A DNA stretch of 62,959 bases, counting the filler, from Porpidia crustulata (Eukaryota), in assembly GCA_964255105.1 (NCBI GenBank). It is 4 parts of 4 records of this genome, joined end to end, with 100 filler letters (N's around TTAATTAATTAA, not from the genome) between each part and the next. Parts side by side here need not be neighbours in the genome. Positions count along the whole stretch, not along the records: positions 1 to 15,675 come from CAXUWE010000288.1; positions 15,776 to 31,442 come from CAXUWE010000289.1; 2 more parts are not named here. One strand, 5' to 3'. Each line of letters begins with the position of its first letter. Position 1 is the stretch's first letter. The translations under genes and the position numbers were made by a program. The notes below the pieces were generated by a model. That model saw only the letters and a list, made by a program, of their open reading frames with translations. It did no database searches and was not told where the DNA came from. Positions 14,070 to 28,044 of the stretch are shown here, piece after piece.

Positions 14070-15622
14070 TCTTCTTTGTATGTGTATACATCTAATAGTT
14101 ACGAGGCTTCCGTGATGCGGACAACATATCTGGTAGAAATGGCAGCATGAGTTGTTTGGCGTTTGGCGTAGGGAGCAAAGCTGTGGTTTCGGGTGCGCAT
14201 GTACTCCAATGGCTCTTGCACTTTCGCACATATGATTCGCGTCATACAATACACCCGCGAAGCTACATAATTCTGACGTTTTACAAATTCTGGCCGATGC
14301 GTCTCACTCGCTGCTTTTCTACTTTTCCCTTTCCTAATAAAGGTGACTGCAAGAAACTTAGATAGTATGGCAGGTAACTACGTCAATCATTAAACAATCC
14401 AATAACACACCACTTATCCACCTACTCTCTTTGCGCAAGCCCTGACGCTGAGCTCAAGACAATCATATCGTGCGGCGCATCCGAGACGTCTTGCCATCCG
14501 AATGGCTCAAGGAGATGGTTATTCTGTGCTTACTTTTGCAATCCTGGGCGTATGTCGCGGCGAGAAGTCTTGCTGCGTCTTCGCTAACTTCAGAGACGGG
14601 GGGGTTGAAGGTATGTTATGCGGAGGTAGGATCCGGATGTTCGAAGGGAATCGAAGAGGCCGTTGTCAGGGGGCCGTGATGTGTGTATCCCATCGGCTAT
14701 CCCGCCCGAGATGATTATCAGGAATCAGGGCAGCGGTGGCAGGCAATGCCGGGTTCTCAGTTTTGTTACAGATTGATCGCTTGCATTGCAGATAGGAGTC
14801 TGGAGCTTGTCTACCGCTTTCTATAAAGTTTCATCATGTCAATTAGCTCGAGATGAAGAGATTCTTGCGTATTCATGCGTTCTTGAATCATTCAAATTAC
14901 GACACAAGGGGGAGGGGGTTGAATGTTGCTGTTTCTGCAATGCTGTATCTTGACCCGGCTGAAGACTGGAGGTGCTTGAAGATGTGTTTTTGCTGGGCTA
15001 TTTGATTGTGGATCTGCAATGGTCATCGCGTGCTCGTGCTTTCGTCCCCTTTCCTGCGTTAAGATAGAGAGCAAATGCGTTTTGACCACCTGTTTTGTAT
15101 CATTGATTTGGGGGCTTGGCGACGGGACTGGGAAATCGCGTTCGATAATGCCGTTGCTTCGTTCACTGGAGACGAGAAAGCTTTTGTTCATTGCTTTTGA
15201 GTGGATTTTTAATTCCTCGGTATTGGTTGAGTTTCTTGTCTTCTCCGTCAGATAGCTCAATTTTTTGGGACCTTTTTTGGACGTGATGTCCACGGGATAA
15301 TTCGGCATGTATGGAAGAAGAGATGTGCAAGATGGAGGTCGAGATTGGAGATGTGATGGAGGATGTTGTTGATATTCCGTATAGTTCTTGCACTGTTGCT
15401 ATACTTAAATCTAGGAAGTCAATTTTGGCCGAGGATTGGGCTTGGCTTTGGAAGAAGCAGAAACAATTCCGAGAAATATTGGTCGCCAGTACAGATTTAT
15501 CGCTGATAAATACACTCGAGGAGCCTAGTATGGTGAATAATTTCAATGATATCTTGGTGCTGACAGTCCACGCGGAAGACGTTGGTGGACTGCAAGCGAG
15601 CAAGAAGATAGTATAAGCAAAC

Positions 15623-15675
15623 TACTCGTATTCACCCCTAGTTCGATTACACCCCTAGTTCGAAAACCCTAAGCA
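15623..15675. mobile_element. Terminal inverted repeat end of a DNA transposon/MITE, cut by contig end
   Basis: TA followed by two copies of CACCCCTAGTTCG (15633-15645, 15650-15662), the same core as the TIRs at 31544-31660 and 43645-43660. Confidence 0.55.
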
Positions 15676-15775
15676 NNNNNNNNNNNNNNNNNNNNNNNNN
15701 NNNNNNNNNNNNNNNNNNNTTAATTAATTAANNNNNNNNNNNNNNNNNNNNNNNNNNNNNNNNNNNNNNNNNNNN
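15676..15775. other. Artificial contig-joining linker
   Basis: N44-TTAATTAATTAA-N44 (stops in all six frames); identical structure at 31443 and 47209. Confidence 0.97.
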
Positions 15776-18700
15776 GAGGCGAGGAGGCCTTGGAGGGCGG
15801 GGAGGATGAGGTGGTAGCGGCCGCCGAGTTTTTTGCGGTGGATGGTGAGGAGGGTTTTGAAGAGGCGGCAGAGACCGAGGTGGATGATGCTGGTTTGCTT
15901 GCTTTGTGCTTCGGGTTGGAGGCGGGAGGATACGATTGCGATGGCGGCGAGGGTGCTATCGATGTTCCATTGGGAGACGGTTTGAGGCTTATGGGGATAT
16001 ATCAGGAGGATTTTCATCAGCCAGGATCGGTTTCAACTTACCTGCTTCTGTAGTAGCATTTGCATACATTGCATAGTCAACACGCATGCGCGAAGTTCTA
16101 GTTGCTGGGACAGTCCAATGCAGAGTGTGCTGAACACTTGAGTTAGAGCAGCGGTGGCTTGCTCTTTCTTTCGGTTTGGGCCTATTCTTGTTAACGGTAA
16201 TATGAGTCGGCACCAACACTGGATTACCATTGAGCATGAAGATAACTCTTTGCAGAAGCAGCAAGTTATCTGTATTGCAAAGCTCATCCTGTTCCATAAT
16301 GGCAAAAGTCATCAAAAGCTGCACTTCTGTTCCAGGCTCGAGCTCCGACATCAGATCTCGCACGTAATTTAGTAGACGTCTTTTGTCCCGTAAAGAACGT
16401 ACTAGATCATTTAGTAGAATCAAGTATGGGCCAGGAAATGATCTTACCGGGTTCAAGCAGCTCCTTCATGTTTGGAACTTGGCGAGGCATCTCGCCACGA
16501 CCCATTGCTAAGAGAAATGATACTTTCGTTAGGCGAGTGGACAGATATTCTACACTGCTTTCCTTCTCGCCGGAAACTGTGAATGTCCCAGAAACTTCAA
16601 GCTCTGATACCTCCCTTGCGATGAGAGACAATTGAGTGAAAACTAGAGGTCAGTCAAGTTCGACGAGTAAAGGGCTTGGACGCAATTACCCTCATCTATA
16701 TGATCTGGAGTTCGGATGATATCTATATAGGAAACCAGGCAATCGAGCATAACACTAATTGTCTTTCTTGTCGTAGGGTCTTTCATGATACCGCTGTGAC
16801 ATGTGTCCAAATAATTGCGTAGACTTCCGAGGTGTCGAATGCGTAGACCCTCGAGTGACTCGAGCTTTTCAGTCAATGCTTCTGGAAATCCGTTGCGATG
16901 ATTTGAATAAAATCCCAAGGACGTCGTAAGCAAAATTGCTGAAGCACATGCATTATACGGTATGGTTATGGAGCAGACTTCTCTGGTAAGATCAAGATAG
17001 TATTCCGTGAGATAGTCAATACTGCTTTGCTCAGCTATAGTGGAGACTTGGTATCTTTGAGATATTAGTCTCATTAACAAAATAGATAGGAATTACGTAT
17101 TGTACTTCAAGATACCCCTAATAAGTTGCTTCAGTGCACTTAATGCTCCAATGTGGACTTGTGATTGATTGGCATCTAGATTGTGTGCAAGCCTAGTCGG
17201 TATTGCTGTATTATTCTCTTCTTTTGCTGGCGACTCCTCTCCTAATAACACGTTAGACTTGATTAAAACGTGCATTGATTTGCTAGGAATTGCAACTAGT
17301 TTGAGCAACATTGCGATTTTCAAGTTCATGAGAGCTATATCGGGTGTATTTTGAATAATCTCTCGGGATAGGTGATTGCAGATGGTACTTCTTTCTCCGC
17401 GATCAAATCTAGCTATGGATATGGTCGCTAAGCTTTTAAGGGCTAGATGGTATCTCATCTCGTCGAATATCTTGTCAGTATCCATAGGGATACTAGATCT
17501 CGTGTATTCCGCAATCAAGAATTTCCGAAAAGAACCTGTACACGTTACTTTGGCATTCTGCAAAGGTGATATGCAGTACTGTACCTGCAGCCACAGCGTT
17601 GTCTCTCATCAACTCAGACCCTGTCAGCTTCTGCCAAAGAGTCAAAAAATCAAGATAACCAGGTACCGTAGGCTGTTGATGCTCTTCGCCAGAGGTTGAT
17701 TGCCAAATAGCACCAAAGAAAAGATGGCGGAAGAGACGAAGAAGGGGTTCAGAATCTAAGCAACTATCGCTTGATTAGCAGAATTCTCGATTTTTGCCAA
17801 TCAAACTTACTGGAAAGCCTCTGGGGATGAAACTACTTGCGCTTGGCAAACCATCAACAGTATTTCTATGGACTCGATCCCGTCACTTCGACCGTTCCAT
17901 CGAGGGGCTGAACGTGTTTGATGAGATACCGCAGAATCTTTAAATAACATGGAGGTACTCAAGGTCTCTTGATGGTCCATGACGATTCCGATAGCCTGTC
18001 TGATTGTATCATAGGCTGGCCGGTCTAGGATCTTGCTTCCGGATTTCTCAAGAGTTGTAAAGCTCAATATGTAACTGAAAGCGTAAAGTCCTTCAGCAAT
18101 GTCATGATGTGAAGCACATGCACCTAAGATTTCTAAGGCTCTGCATAGTATTTTCTGCTCTACAAATTCAATTTCAGGCGTTGCACGCACTATAGGCCAG
18201 CGCGAATTGATGGTTGCCAGCAATCTCCACACTCTCCACATCTTCAGCGTACGCCAACAGCTTTCGTTCAGTACAAGCTCCGAGGCACATGTGTTTGTGG
18301 ATCGCACAATCTCCGTGAGCTCTAGAATACTGCCGTCGCTTCTGCATCCATTAATGACACTATTCAAAACCACCAAAGAAGCCAATGATCTATTTTCGCT
18401 TGATATGAGCGCTGCTTGGAGAATCTGGCTGACTTGTCCTGTGGTGAGTGTCAACTCAATAAGATCGGCGACGATCTGACAAAGTTTATCGTCTTCCCAG
18501 ATACTAGGAACTGCATCCGGATACTCTGGTCTCTCTTCATAACGGCGGAGCTCTTCCTTCCAATAATCGATGAAGCGAGTTAGATCCCTCGCGTGGGCAA
18601 ATGCTCTTACTAGTGGTATAATAATCTTCAAGAGAATTTGACCATACTTAAGATTGCGATCTTGTGGCAGATCAAAGCTCAAGTCTGTAATCCTTGCAAG

Positions 18701-20317
18701 TAAATGTGTCAAGAGATTACTAGGTTTCCGTTGAGGAGAGGGTACAACGAATACATCTGAATTGAGCTCCAAGCATATGCTAATGAACTCCCAGTCGACG
18801 GTATCGCTATTTTGGACAAGCAGCCCCGAGAACCTCAACAGAAGTGACTCGAGCAGATTTTTATCCAAGAGAACATTGTGATGTGCAGCCTCTTGCAACA
18901 TTAATTTGATGGTATGCACCAAGTTTCGATACGACGAAAAATGTAGTAAAGGCGTTGATGGAATATCTTCAACCAACTGTCTAAATAAGCTCTGCAGCCA
19001 GAGATTTTCAGCCATGCGCTCTTTCGGCGTCTTTCTCAGCACACTTCTGATCGCAGCACGATAGAACGTAACAGCTGGAGGACTACCATGTGTGTCTGAG
19101 AGCGCAGCTTCAGACAATGGTTTAAGTAAGTCTTTGTGCAATGTTAGGCTAGCACCATTATCCAATCCAATATTTGGTCGCTTCGAGCTCAAGAACGAGG
19201 CACGGGCCGGAAGAATAGTATTTTCAACTAGTAATTTTTCTAAAGCCTTGACCAGTAATTGGGTTTCGGCGGTTGAAAACAACATGTCTTGATAAGTAGC
19301 TAAGAGCTGTAGGAGCGGCAACAGAGAGTGCATCGAGAATGTGAGCTATTTTATTTGATTAGCAACTGCATGAATGTGATTGATTCGATCGAGGCTACAC
19401 ACAAAACTCATATGGCCTGGTGAATTGTTTTTCATCTCAGAGCGAAGATCCAATATTGCAAGAAAAGGCTTTATACAGCTATCAAATACGTTCGTTAATG
19501 GTTCGTCGGCTTTTTGAGACATGAATCTGGTGACACCGAAGACAGCCCCGAGCATGGCTGCAGCATCTTCTGAGGAGATCTTTAATGCAGCCTTAATATA
19601 CTCCACAGCAAACCCTCGTGACTGATCAGGCAAATCATCCATTAAACCCACCACTTCTCGCATAGCGCCGCAGACAGATCCGAATAGCGTCTGAACATCG
19701 AAGTCTTTTGCTGGTAATATCTTGCTTGGAGATACTGGCGTGCCATCTTGATTCCTCTTTCTCGAGCTTCGTGGCGCCATGATTGGAGATATCTCTGCTG
19801 TGGCTGAGCTTGATTCAGCAGAACCCAGTCCATCATCGCCCTCGAGTGCCTGAGCTTTAGTAACTTGATTTACGTTCTGCTGAAGCCATTGGATGGTGGT
19901 TTTCACTACTATGGCGAATTTAAAGGTATTGAGTAAACTTGCTATTTTGGTCAATAATATCCGATTGAGCAACGCCGTAAGAAGGAGCCATGCTCTAGGC
20001 TCCAGGCACGGGCTAGATTCAGTTAGTAATCTACATAATCACTGAACAGCTGAATCTTGCCTGCCCAAGAGGATTTCATCCGATTGGAATTTCTTCAGCA
20101 GCCATCTCAAAGCCCACTCTTCTTGTGGTCCACGCAGGCTTGATTTTTCTTGCTCCTCTGCCGTTAATTGGACGGTATGGTTCTGTACCTCAATACTGAT
20201 GCGCAAAATATCACAGATCACGGTGATTTGCGTATTGAAGGGCTCATCACTTTTGTCGAGACTAAGTATGCTTCGTCGAGGGGCCTCGCGCTGTGACATC
20301 TCGACATATTTGGTCAT
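15776..20317 (-). CDS. URB2: Nucleolar pre-ribosomal-associated protein Urb2/Npa2, 3' end truncated by contig end
   Basis: Chain of minus-strand exons; N-terminal QEEWALRWLLKK; C-terminal Urb2-like motif IHLGLCRLFKTLLTIHRKKLGGRYHLILPALQGLL runs into the Ns. Start may be 20317 or 20299. Confidence 0.8.
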
Positions 20318-20648
20318 TGAAACATATATAGCGGACTTTGCAGATAGTAAAACTCGTTGTCTAAGACCATGCCGAGTATTAGAGATTAGATACGTGACCA
20401 ATCGAATGGAAAGGTGCTGGACTACCAAAATTTTGACATGAGACTGTGCGGTGAGGGTTGTGATTGGTTGAAAAGCCGACCTTGCAGGTGACGCGCTTGC
20501 GGGCCGAGCGAGCTTCGGATTTTCTACCAGCGACAGCGTACACTCAACACATCCATTCCTGTGCAGAAGAGGTGTCAATCACGTTGTGAGTGTGGCTCGC
20601 CCATCAATCGCACTCTACTAATCAGTGCCAACGTCAGACTCCGCTGCA

Positions 20649-21151
20649 ATGGCCGATACGCCTCCGCCTATCCCTTCCACTCCGCCCACGCGATCCTCGA
20701 GACCCGTCAGCGAGGCATTGCTAAACGACAAGGTACGCAATATCTATGTCTTTCAATACCACCGCGAATTCGATCTACCTCTTGGACACTGCATCATCAA
20801 TTTGCATCAACGCAGTCCGACACAGCTATCCTGTGAAACACATTCCCCTCTTCAATTTCACAGCTGACAACTCCGGAACCGCAGTGGGACCATGCTATCT
20901 CCTCCTTCCTCATCCGCTCCACCCTCGGTCTATCGTTTGGCGTCGTGTTCTCGGTACTTTTGTTCAAGCGAAGAGCATGGCCCACTTTGGTGGGACTTGG
21001 ATTCGGGGCTGGAAGAGCGTATGAGGAAGCAGACGGTATGGATGCCGTCTTAGGAACTCGATGAAGAGCCTGGACTGACTCAACCAAAGCTACGTTCAAA
21101 CGGGGAAGTGCCGGCACTGCGAGGGATGGGCTAAGATTGGTGAGAACGTGA
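20649..21151 (+). CDS. MIC10: MICOS complex subunit Mic10 (DUF543)
   Basis: Spliced product SEALLNDK|WDHAISSSLIRSTLGLSFGVVFSVLLFKRRAWPTLVGLGFGAGRAYEEAD has both Gly-rich TMs and the KRR loop; intron 20733-20885; last exon end approximate. Confidence 0.9.
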
Positions 21152-21668
21152 ATAGAGGAGGTCGACCCTCCTTAGGAGAAGTAATATTAGCTTGGTTGCG
21201 TCCTACGGGCCACATGACGCAGCTCTGGTCTCGTGTGTTGTATGTACTACATCAACAGCGCGCTCTGGCGTGATACACACTGCAAATCCAAATCAGGGAG
21301 TTGGAGAGAAGTTACGCACCTAGATGACAACGATTGGTCACACTACGTCTCAAACATATTGAACAGTATCTTATATTATCTACCTATTCTTGACCATCTC
21401 TATCTACAGCTCTACCAAAGTTTTGCAAGTAAATTGCGATGCTTTTGTCTCTCACCAGAATGCGGTAAACTTAGCATCCTATAGCTTGAAGCAGACTAGT
21501 GGTGTCCTGATTCAATCCTTTATATTGTAATCCACATCGCTTCATGGGTATAATTGCGGCTTTTCCTCATCCAAATATTTAGCCAGCAGCCGCTTACAAC
21601 CATTAATACCCGACGCCGACAATGCTAATTTTCAATTCCAAGTCGGTCCATCTCCATAACGCAATGCC

Positions 21669-24600
21669 TTAACCGCTACCACCTATAAGCACCAACACTG
21701 TATTCAACTCACCAACAACCTTTTCTTCAAGTCGGTTGTCCGCGTCACTTCCAGCTTGCAAAGGCTTCTCCCGCGCCCAAGCTTCTTCCTTTTCATTCGT
21801 AGGCACTATCTTTTCTCGTAACGCGGACCGACGTTGCATCCAATTCTCTATGTCTTCTTTGACCTGAAGTTTATCCCACTTTAGTGCTGAGATATCAGTT
21901 GAGATGACACCCGCACTTGCGCCTGCTTCACGGAACGTGTCGAGGACGGTGGATATGACTGCCAAAGTTTGAGCTTCTGAAACAATACTCAGAGTGATGA
22001 AGCCGGCCACCGGATCGGTAGGTGATGACACTTTGCCGTCGAAATTATTCGATGCACGAGTGAGCTGCCCCGGAAAGCCATTGAGAGAAGTCGAAATCTC
22101 AACAGCTACGGGTGCGCCGATACCATGTAGCATATTAAGATAAAGTGGTAAGATGCCTCGAGACCAGATACTAAAGATTCTGACAGGTGTGTCGAAAGGA
22201 CCCATGCCTTGTCCTTGCCGTAAACTTTTTATTAGATTGGTGTTCGAAATCCGAGTCAACAACCCTTCAACAGCCAAACCTTCCGCTAAAGCTGGCACAC
22301 TCGACATCTCAAGCAAGAAAAGGATACTGAGCTCCCCAAATATCGGATCACCGTTCGTGGCTAGCTGGTCCGCCCACGATAGTAGAGTGACGGCGCAGCG
22401 AGCTGTCTGGTGATCCACAAACCGGGTATTTAGCTGTGTATTGTACCTATCGATGCCTGGGATGGAGAGAATCGTCCGCAATATTGCAGTGATCAGACCA
22501 AAATCTGACGGCAAGATACGAGAGTGATCATCATGTAATACTATCGTCAACGCGCGGAACCCTCGAGCAACAACTGTGCCTAGGATTTCTATAGCTGTCC
22601 TTAATGTCTCGGGCGAAGCTGAGCCTGCATTTTGTATGGATGGGCTGTTTGGACCAGAAGTCGTCGAATCTTCGGGCCCATTGGAAGGTAGGAGTGATGT
22701 ATGAGCTCGAAGAGCAAGGAAAAGAACCTTCAATAATGACCTGTAGTAATCGGCGCTCTCCCCGGCTATGGCAGTCCCGACATCAGTGGAGTATGATCGC
22801 ACGGTATCCCAGATAGTTGGTAATATGTTCTTCACCTCTATAACCGGGGCTTTGATCTCGATCAGTCGCTGCAGTAGCGTGAAGGCTAAATCGACACGCG
22901 CCTGAGCCAGTCCGTCCAAGATGGCTTCTGGTAGAGTAGAATCAGCGTTCGAGTCTAGGCAGTTGATGGCAATCATTGCCATCGTCTTTTGAAACTTCGG
23001 CTCCCTTTCCAACGCTCTAGCCATCTCGATCGAAAGGGATTTCCAGCTATGGAGTAGGTTCTAATGTGCCATTAGTCTTGGGTCAAGGAAATGGGAACAC
23101 CAACTCACTCACCACCTGTGATTCTACCAATGAAAAGTTGAGGTTGGCTCTAACAAATTCCTCCCTGAACCCCTGCTTGCGTCCTTTAGCCCACGCGGGA
23201 TCAAATGACAGCATCTTAGTTGCAACATTAAGATCATAGTAGAAGGAGTTTCCAAGCAATGGCCGCTCGAGAGACGTCCGTTTGAAGTTCGCCAAGCTGC
23301 AAGTTGGATACCTTGATTCAAAATTCTGGCGCAGATTGCTGTGGAGAGATGCGTTATAGCTTGGAGTGGAGACAGCATTAAGAGTAAGATATGAAATTTG
23401 GGGCAGAAGTTTCTTGGCAAATGAGAGATCTCCGCTTTGGCGAGCATAATGAATATACATCGCATAGACGTCGAAGAGAAGTGAAATTATTTGCGTCCTC
23501 CCGTACTCCTTCAACCCATCCTTCGTTGTACCAGGTTTGGACTCTGGTCCTCCTACGTAATCCAGGGTCGCGGTAAAAAAGGTTGGGTGCTGCTCTATAT
23601 TCACCAGAATCCATGGCCAGAAGTCCGCAGCGAGAGTGACAAACTCAAGCATAGCTATGGCCTTCTGGGGCTTCAATTTTTCAATACTTGATAAGCCATC
23701 CAGAGCAATGTACAAGATTGGACGTCTAGTTTGGAAGTTTGTACCAGTCGTAGCTTTGTGATCTTTCAGAGAATTGCGAGGCGTATTGCCCGTCAAGATA
23801 AAGATAGCGAGCCATTGCTGGCGTTTACTGATAATTGCTGAGAGCAATTTCCAGACCTCAGTCGATAAAGTCTCATCACCGAGAGGTTGGTCGATGACTG
23901 ATATCACCTCTAAGAAATGGCTAGCGGTTTCTTGACCTAAATAACCGAAAAGAGAAGGAGGTTGATAGTCCGTCGTAGCTGCACTACTTATCAAAGCAGA
24001 AAACAATCTCGCAACGGGTAACCTAAAACTACTATGAGCAGCGTACACCATGGCCAGCGTTGGAGCAACTTTAAAGATCTGTTTGTCGAGATACGAGGGT
24101 GGATTCTCAAGTAGTCGGTTCACTTCAATGAGAGTGACAGCAAGGCTGATGGCAGCCTTGACCTGGGAGATCCATAATTGGAGACTTCGAGTAGACAGGC
24201 TGGCTTCTGGAGTATCTCTACCCTCGTGGAAAATGTCCGACAGTGGATGAACAGTAAGATGATTATCTGACGAAGACAGAAAAACTTCCACAATATCCTC
24301 TGCAGCGGGTGCAAGTGATTCAACGAGCTTGTTTGAAATTTTCGTATCATCGTCAACAGCAAAACTATAATTGAGTATCTTAGTGAGGGCACTACATATC
24401 CAGGTATTGATCTCTAATTTCTCCTCTGGGGCGGCGAATCTCCAGTTTTTGACGCTCTCGAACACGTCGACCATAATGTGTACAAAACTCAAAAGGACCT
24501 TCGTCATGGCTGTCTGTGATATTCCAGTTCCTTGGGTATTGGCACTAGAGAAGCGTGTGATAGCCTTGGTAGGAGTTTTGCGTGCGACCGCGTGGTTGAC

Positions 24601-27458
24601 AGCGTCCTCTATGAGAGAATCAAAAACTCGTATGCAACCAAAAACGAATTCATATCGGCCAAGGACCATCTCCATCGATGCAACAACCGCGCTTATCTTA
24701 TTCTCGCCTCCACCAATGGCCAATAAACAGCTCCTACCGAGAAATGGCCACACTCGATCAGGCATTATAAGCATAAGCGCATGTGTAAATTGTATGCATC
24801 GTATCAGAACATCAACGGATCCATCCACAGCAGATACGTTATGGCGCCTTTGCAGTTCGTTTTCGAATATCTCGAAGATGACTGAGATTATATCCTGATT
24901 CCGGTCCAGTCTGTCGCTGGCTTTTTCGAGAATCGTACGCGCAGCCTCCAGGGCAGTCGTTTCAGTCAAATGCGCACCATTTACGGAAGCACTTTTAACG
25001 GAAGTGCAAAGCATGACACTAATCAAGTCGATGATCTCTGCTACTATTTCTCTTGACTGCGTGGTATTGGAGTATTCTTCCCAACTTTCGCCGACACCCA
25101 AAGCGAGCTGAAGTACTTTGCCCATGTAAGCCAAGCCAAAGTACTCATAATGCCACATAATTATCGGCGGTCTTGTTTCTGAAAGAATTCGTCCTACTGT
25201 CCCAGATGGTAGTTCCAGAGCATCTGGGGATCTTCCAGCTGTCGTCATAGTTTGAAGCCTTTTACTCGGTCTAGATATTGCCGAGTCAGGCCCAACGAAA
25301 GTGAGACTATCGATCAATTCCACATAATTAGCTTCCTCGTCTTCTCTGATGGTCTTGTAGGCAACGAAAGTGGGAGGTAGCTGAATCGTGATTTCGTCAA
25401 GATTGTCGATCAAAGTCAATATCGCAGATATTCCTTTGTCGTTCTTAGTGGTGCAGATAGCTAGTGCCCGACACAGCTTCAGAAAAGGTAGTGACTCATA
25501 AGGAAAGCGAGACAAGGCTATCCTGAACAATCTTTGCATGAGTACGTCGTCTTCAAGAAAATATGACGCCGGCTCAGCGGTGCCAAGTTCTATAGGGCGC
25601 TCCAATGTATCCCAGTAGCGCTCAGACCCTGTTAGTATAGCTAAGGAAGCGATTAGCAGAGCTGGCTGATATTCGATCAAGCCAAGTACGGTGTGCATTA
25701 AGTCGAGAAGCACTCGGCGCATCATGAGTCCAGATTGACCCTTGTGCTCTGGTCCGAAAGGGGTACAATAATCGATTGCTAAAGCTGTAATGACATCAAA
25801 GACTTTGTTTACATCGACAGCGCATCCGGCAAGGTAGTCAACGGGATCGTCGTTGGAAGCGTTGAACATGACTTTCTCGAGCACTTCTTCCAGAAACGAT
25901 AGCTGTTGCGGTGTGTCACTGTCACTACCGGTGGACAGTCGTCTTCTTTCCGACAACTGCTCCGCACCTTCGTGGTCCGAGTATTCATTAGTAGCGGATC
26001 TTTCATGTGGACGCTCGAAAGAGCGGATCCATTTCTTCTCCTTAGCTAGGAGGGCATACTCTCGTAATGATTGTAGTAAGACAGCCCAGGCAAGGACTGC
26101 AGGACTGGCGGTAACAGGGCATGATGCTGCGGCAGTAATCATGATGTCATGCGTTTCACTGACTGCAGAAGAGTTCAAGAGATACAGAGCATCATCATTG
26201 GATTCCGGGTTTGGTGTAGCCGCAGCATAAATATGCGGAAGCAACGCAAGTCCCAAGGGAAGCTTGAGAATGGCTAGTGAAATAAGTGCAACAAGTGATC
26301 TGATCGGCAGATCATATGTTGGATGTAAATCCCGAAAAGGCTATGCACAGTCAGTAGCTTTCCCCTGTGCTTTCACCGTCTTGACTCACTGGCTCAAAGT
26401 ATTCAAAAAAGCTGTATTTCCTCATAAATCTAAACCACGAAAGAAAGGCATCAGATCTGGTGATTTTACTTGAAGAGTCTAGGAGGATCAAGACGATCTC
26501 CAATATATGCACTATTTCGAGAATCTGACCATTCGCAAAGACTGCTTCAATATCCTCACTTGGGTCTTGGTCTTTGAACCATCCACTGCCTTGCTCTAAG
26601 CCTGTGACTCTAGCTTGGAGTGCATCGACAGCGCTGACGATTTGATTTCTGCTACCTTTCGGCGAGACCCCATCGACATTCCAATCCGCTAATATCACAC
26701 TTCCAATCTCTTTCACCCAGCCCAGTCTATCTACTGCGCTGTTCCTCGCTTGCTCGCTCCCATTGCGACTGGGCTGGCATTGCGCGCTGGAAACGATGTA
26801 TCCGCTCGCCTTGATTATGTACCGGCGTTCACACAGATAGATTTCAAGGATTCTTCTCTGGCGTGATTCCGTACTTTGGAAAGTACCTGGACCACCTTCT
26901 TCCAATCTCGAGGACTTGGCTAAGATGGAAGGCTGCGGGGTGGGTCGCGTATTCCATGAACTACCATTATCAAGGGCGATATGTTGTTGCACTACCTGAC
27001 CTGTAGTTTCATGGAGTAATTGAACGCTTGGTCTCGCTTGCCATTCAAGGATTGCAATCCTGAGAGCAGCCAATTCATCAATACCCGTCTCTTTACTAAG
27101 CCATAAAGCATCGTCTTTGATCTGCTGAATGTCATACTGACCATCATTGGAAGGGGGGACATTAATAGCGGATGTCTTGGTCTCGAAGCTTGATTTGGTT
27201 TGAGATGTTGCGGGAGAAAAGGGCGAAAAGGAATGGACAAGTAAGTCGAGTGCATGAGAGTCAGTGAGATGCCTTTGTAGAACGCTGCAGTCAGAATGCT
27301 CTCCAAGCTCCGTCAGGCCTGTAAAAGCTATTTTCCATGATCTAAGAAGTTTCAGCCATTATATCAGCTGATTGAGGGGTGGCTCACATTAATTGATGCT
27401 CCCCGCTCAAGCACCTGTCAAGAGGGGGGAAATAACATGACTCTCCGACGGGTGCCAT
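21669..27458 (-). CDS. NUP188: Nucleoporin Nup188, multi-exon
   Basis: Start MAPVGESCYFPPLDRCLSGE; ALRIAILEWQARP, IALSRFPYESLPFLKLCRAL, YNASLHSNLRQNF, NSFYYDL...ANLNFSLVESQ; very large helical protein. Confidence 0.88.
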
Positions 27459-28044
27459 TCAAGGCATCTTTAAATAGCTGAAAACATCACCCTGAATTAT
27501 GAGATAAAGCTTAGGCTGGGAATGAGAGACGCGGATTATGGTGTGTAGGTAAGAGCGCGTCTTGTTTCGGACGCCGTTAGGCAATATACTCATTTCTCGT
27601 CTCGACCTGATTGTATTTTATCGGTAAATTTCGTTGTGCCTAGACGTAGCGACTTCTAAATTACAGCGATCCATGGGATGTTCGCTTCAGCAAAATACGC
27701 TAGCGCGTTAAACATCAAAGGAACGAGGGAACCATTCAATTACTTGAAGGGATTTCCTACATACAGGATGTCCGTGGAAGATGACAGAGTACTCTCTCAT
27801 CTAAGCTTATTCCAATGATCCCAATCTATCACATCGCTGGTCTCAACATTTCCACATTAAGGGCTATTGATATCTGAAGCGTGTGCCGTACTTGTAGATG
27901 ACTGAATCCTGGTTTGCTGTAATGGGATAATGTCACTAGATATCTAGCTGAAGGTTTCGAGCCTTTGGAAGCAGTGATTCAGGCTTGTTCGTTAATTCAG
28001 CATCATCGTTCCGCCATATCCAGGAAACCAACGAGCAACGGAAA

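Noticed and set aside
15720..15731. Palindromic TTAATTAATTAA as a biological site (also 31487, 47253)
   Set aside because: Always centred in exactly N44...N44; an assembly linker.
16400..16460. Apparent frameshift in URB2
   Set aside because: Explained by a short GTAAGA...CTAA...TAG intron.
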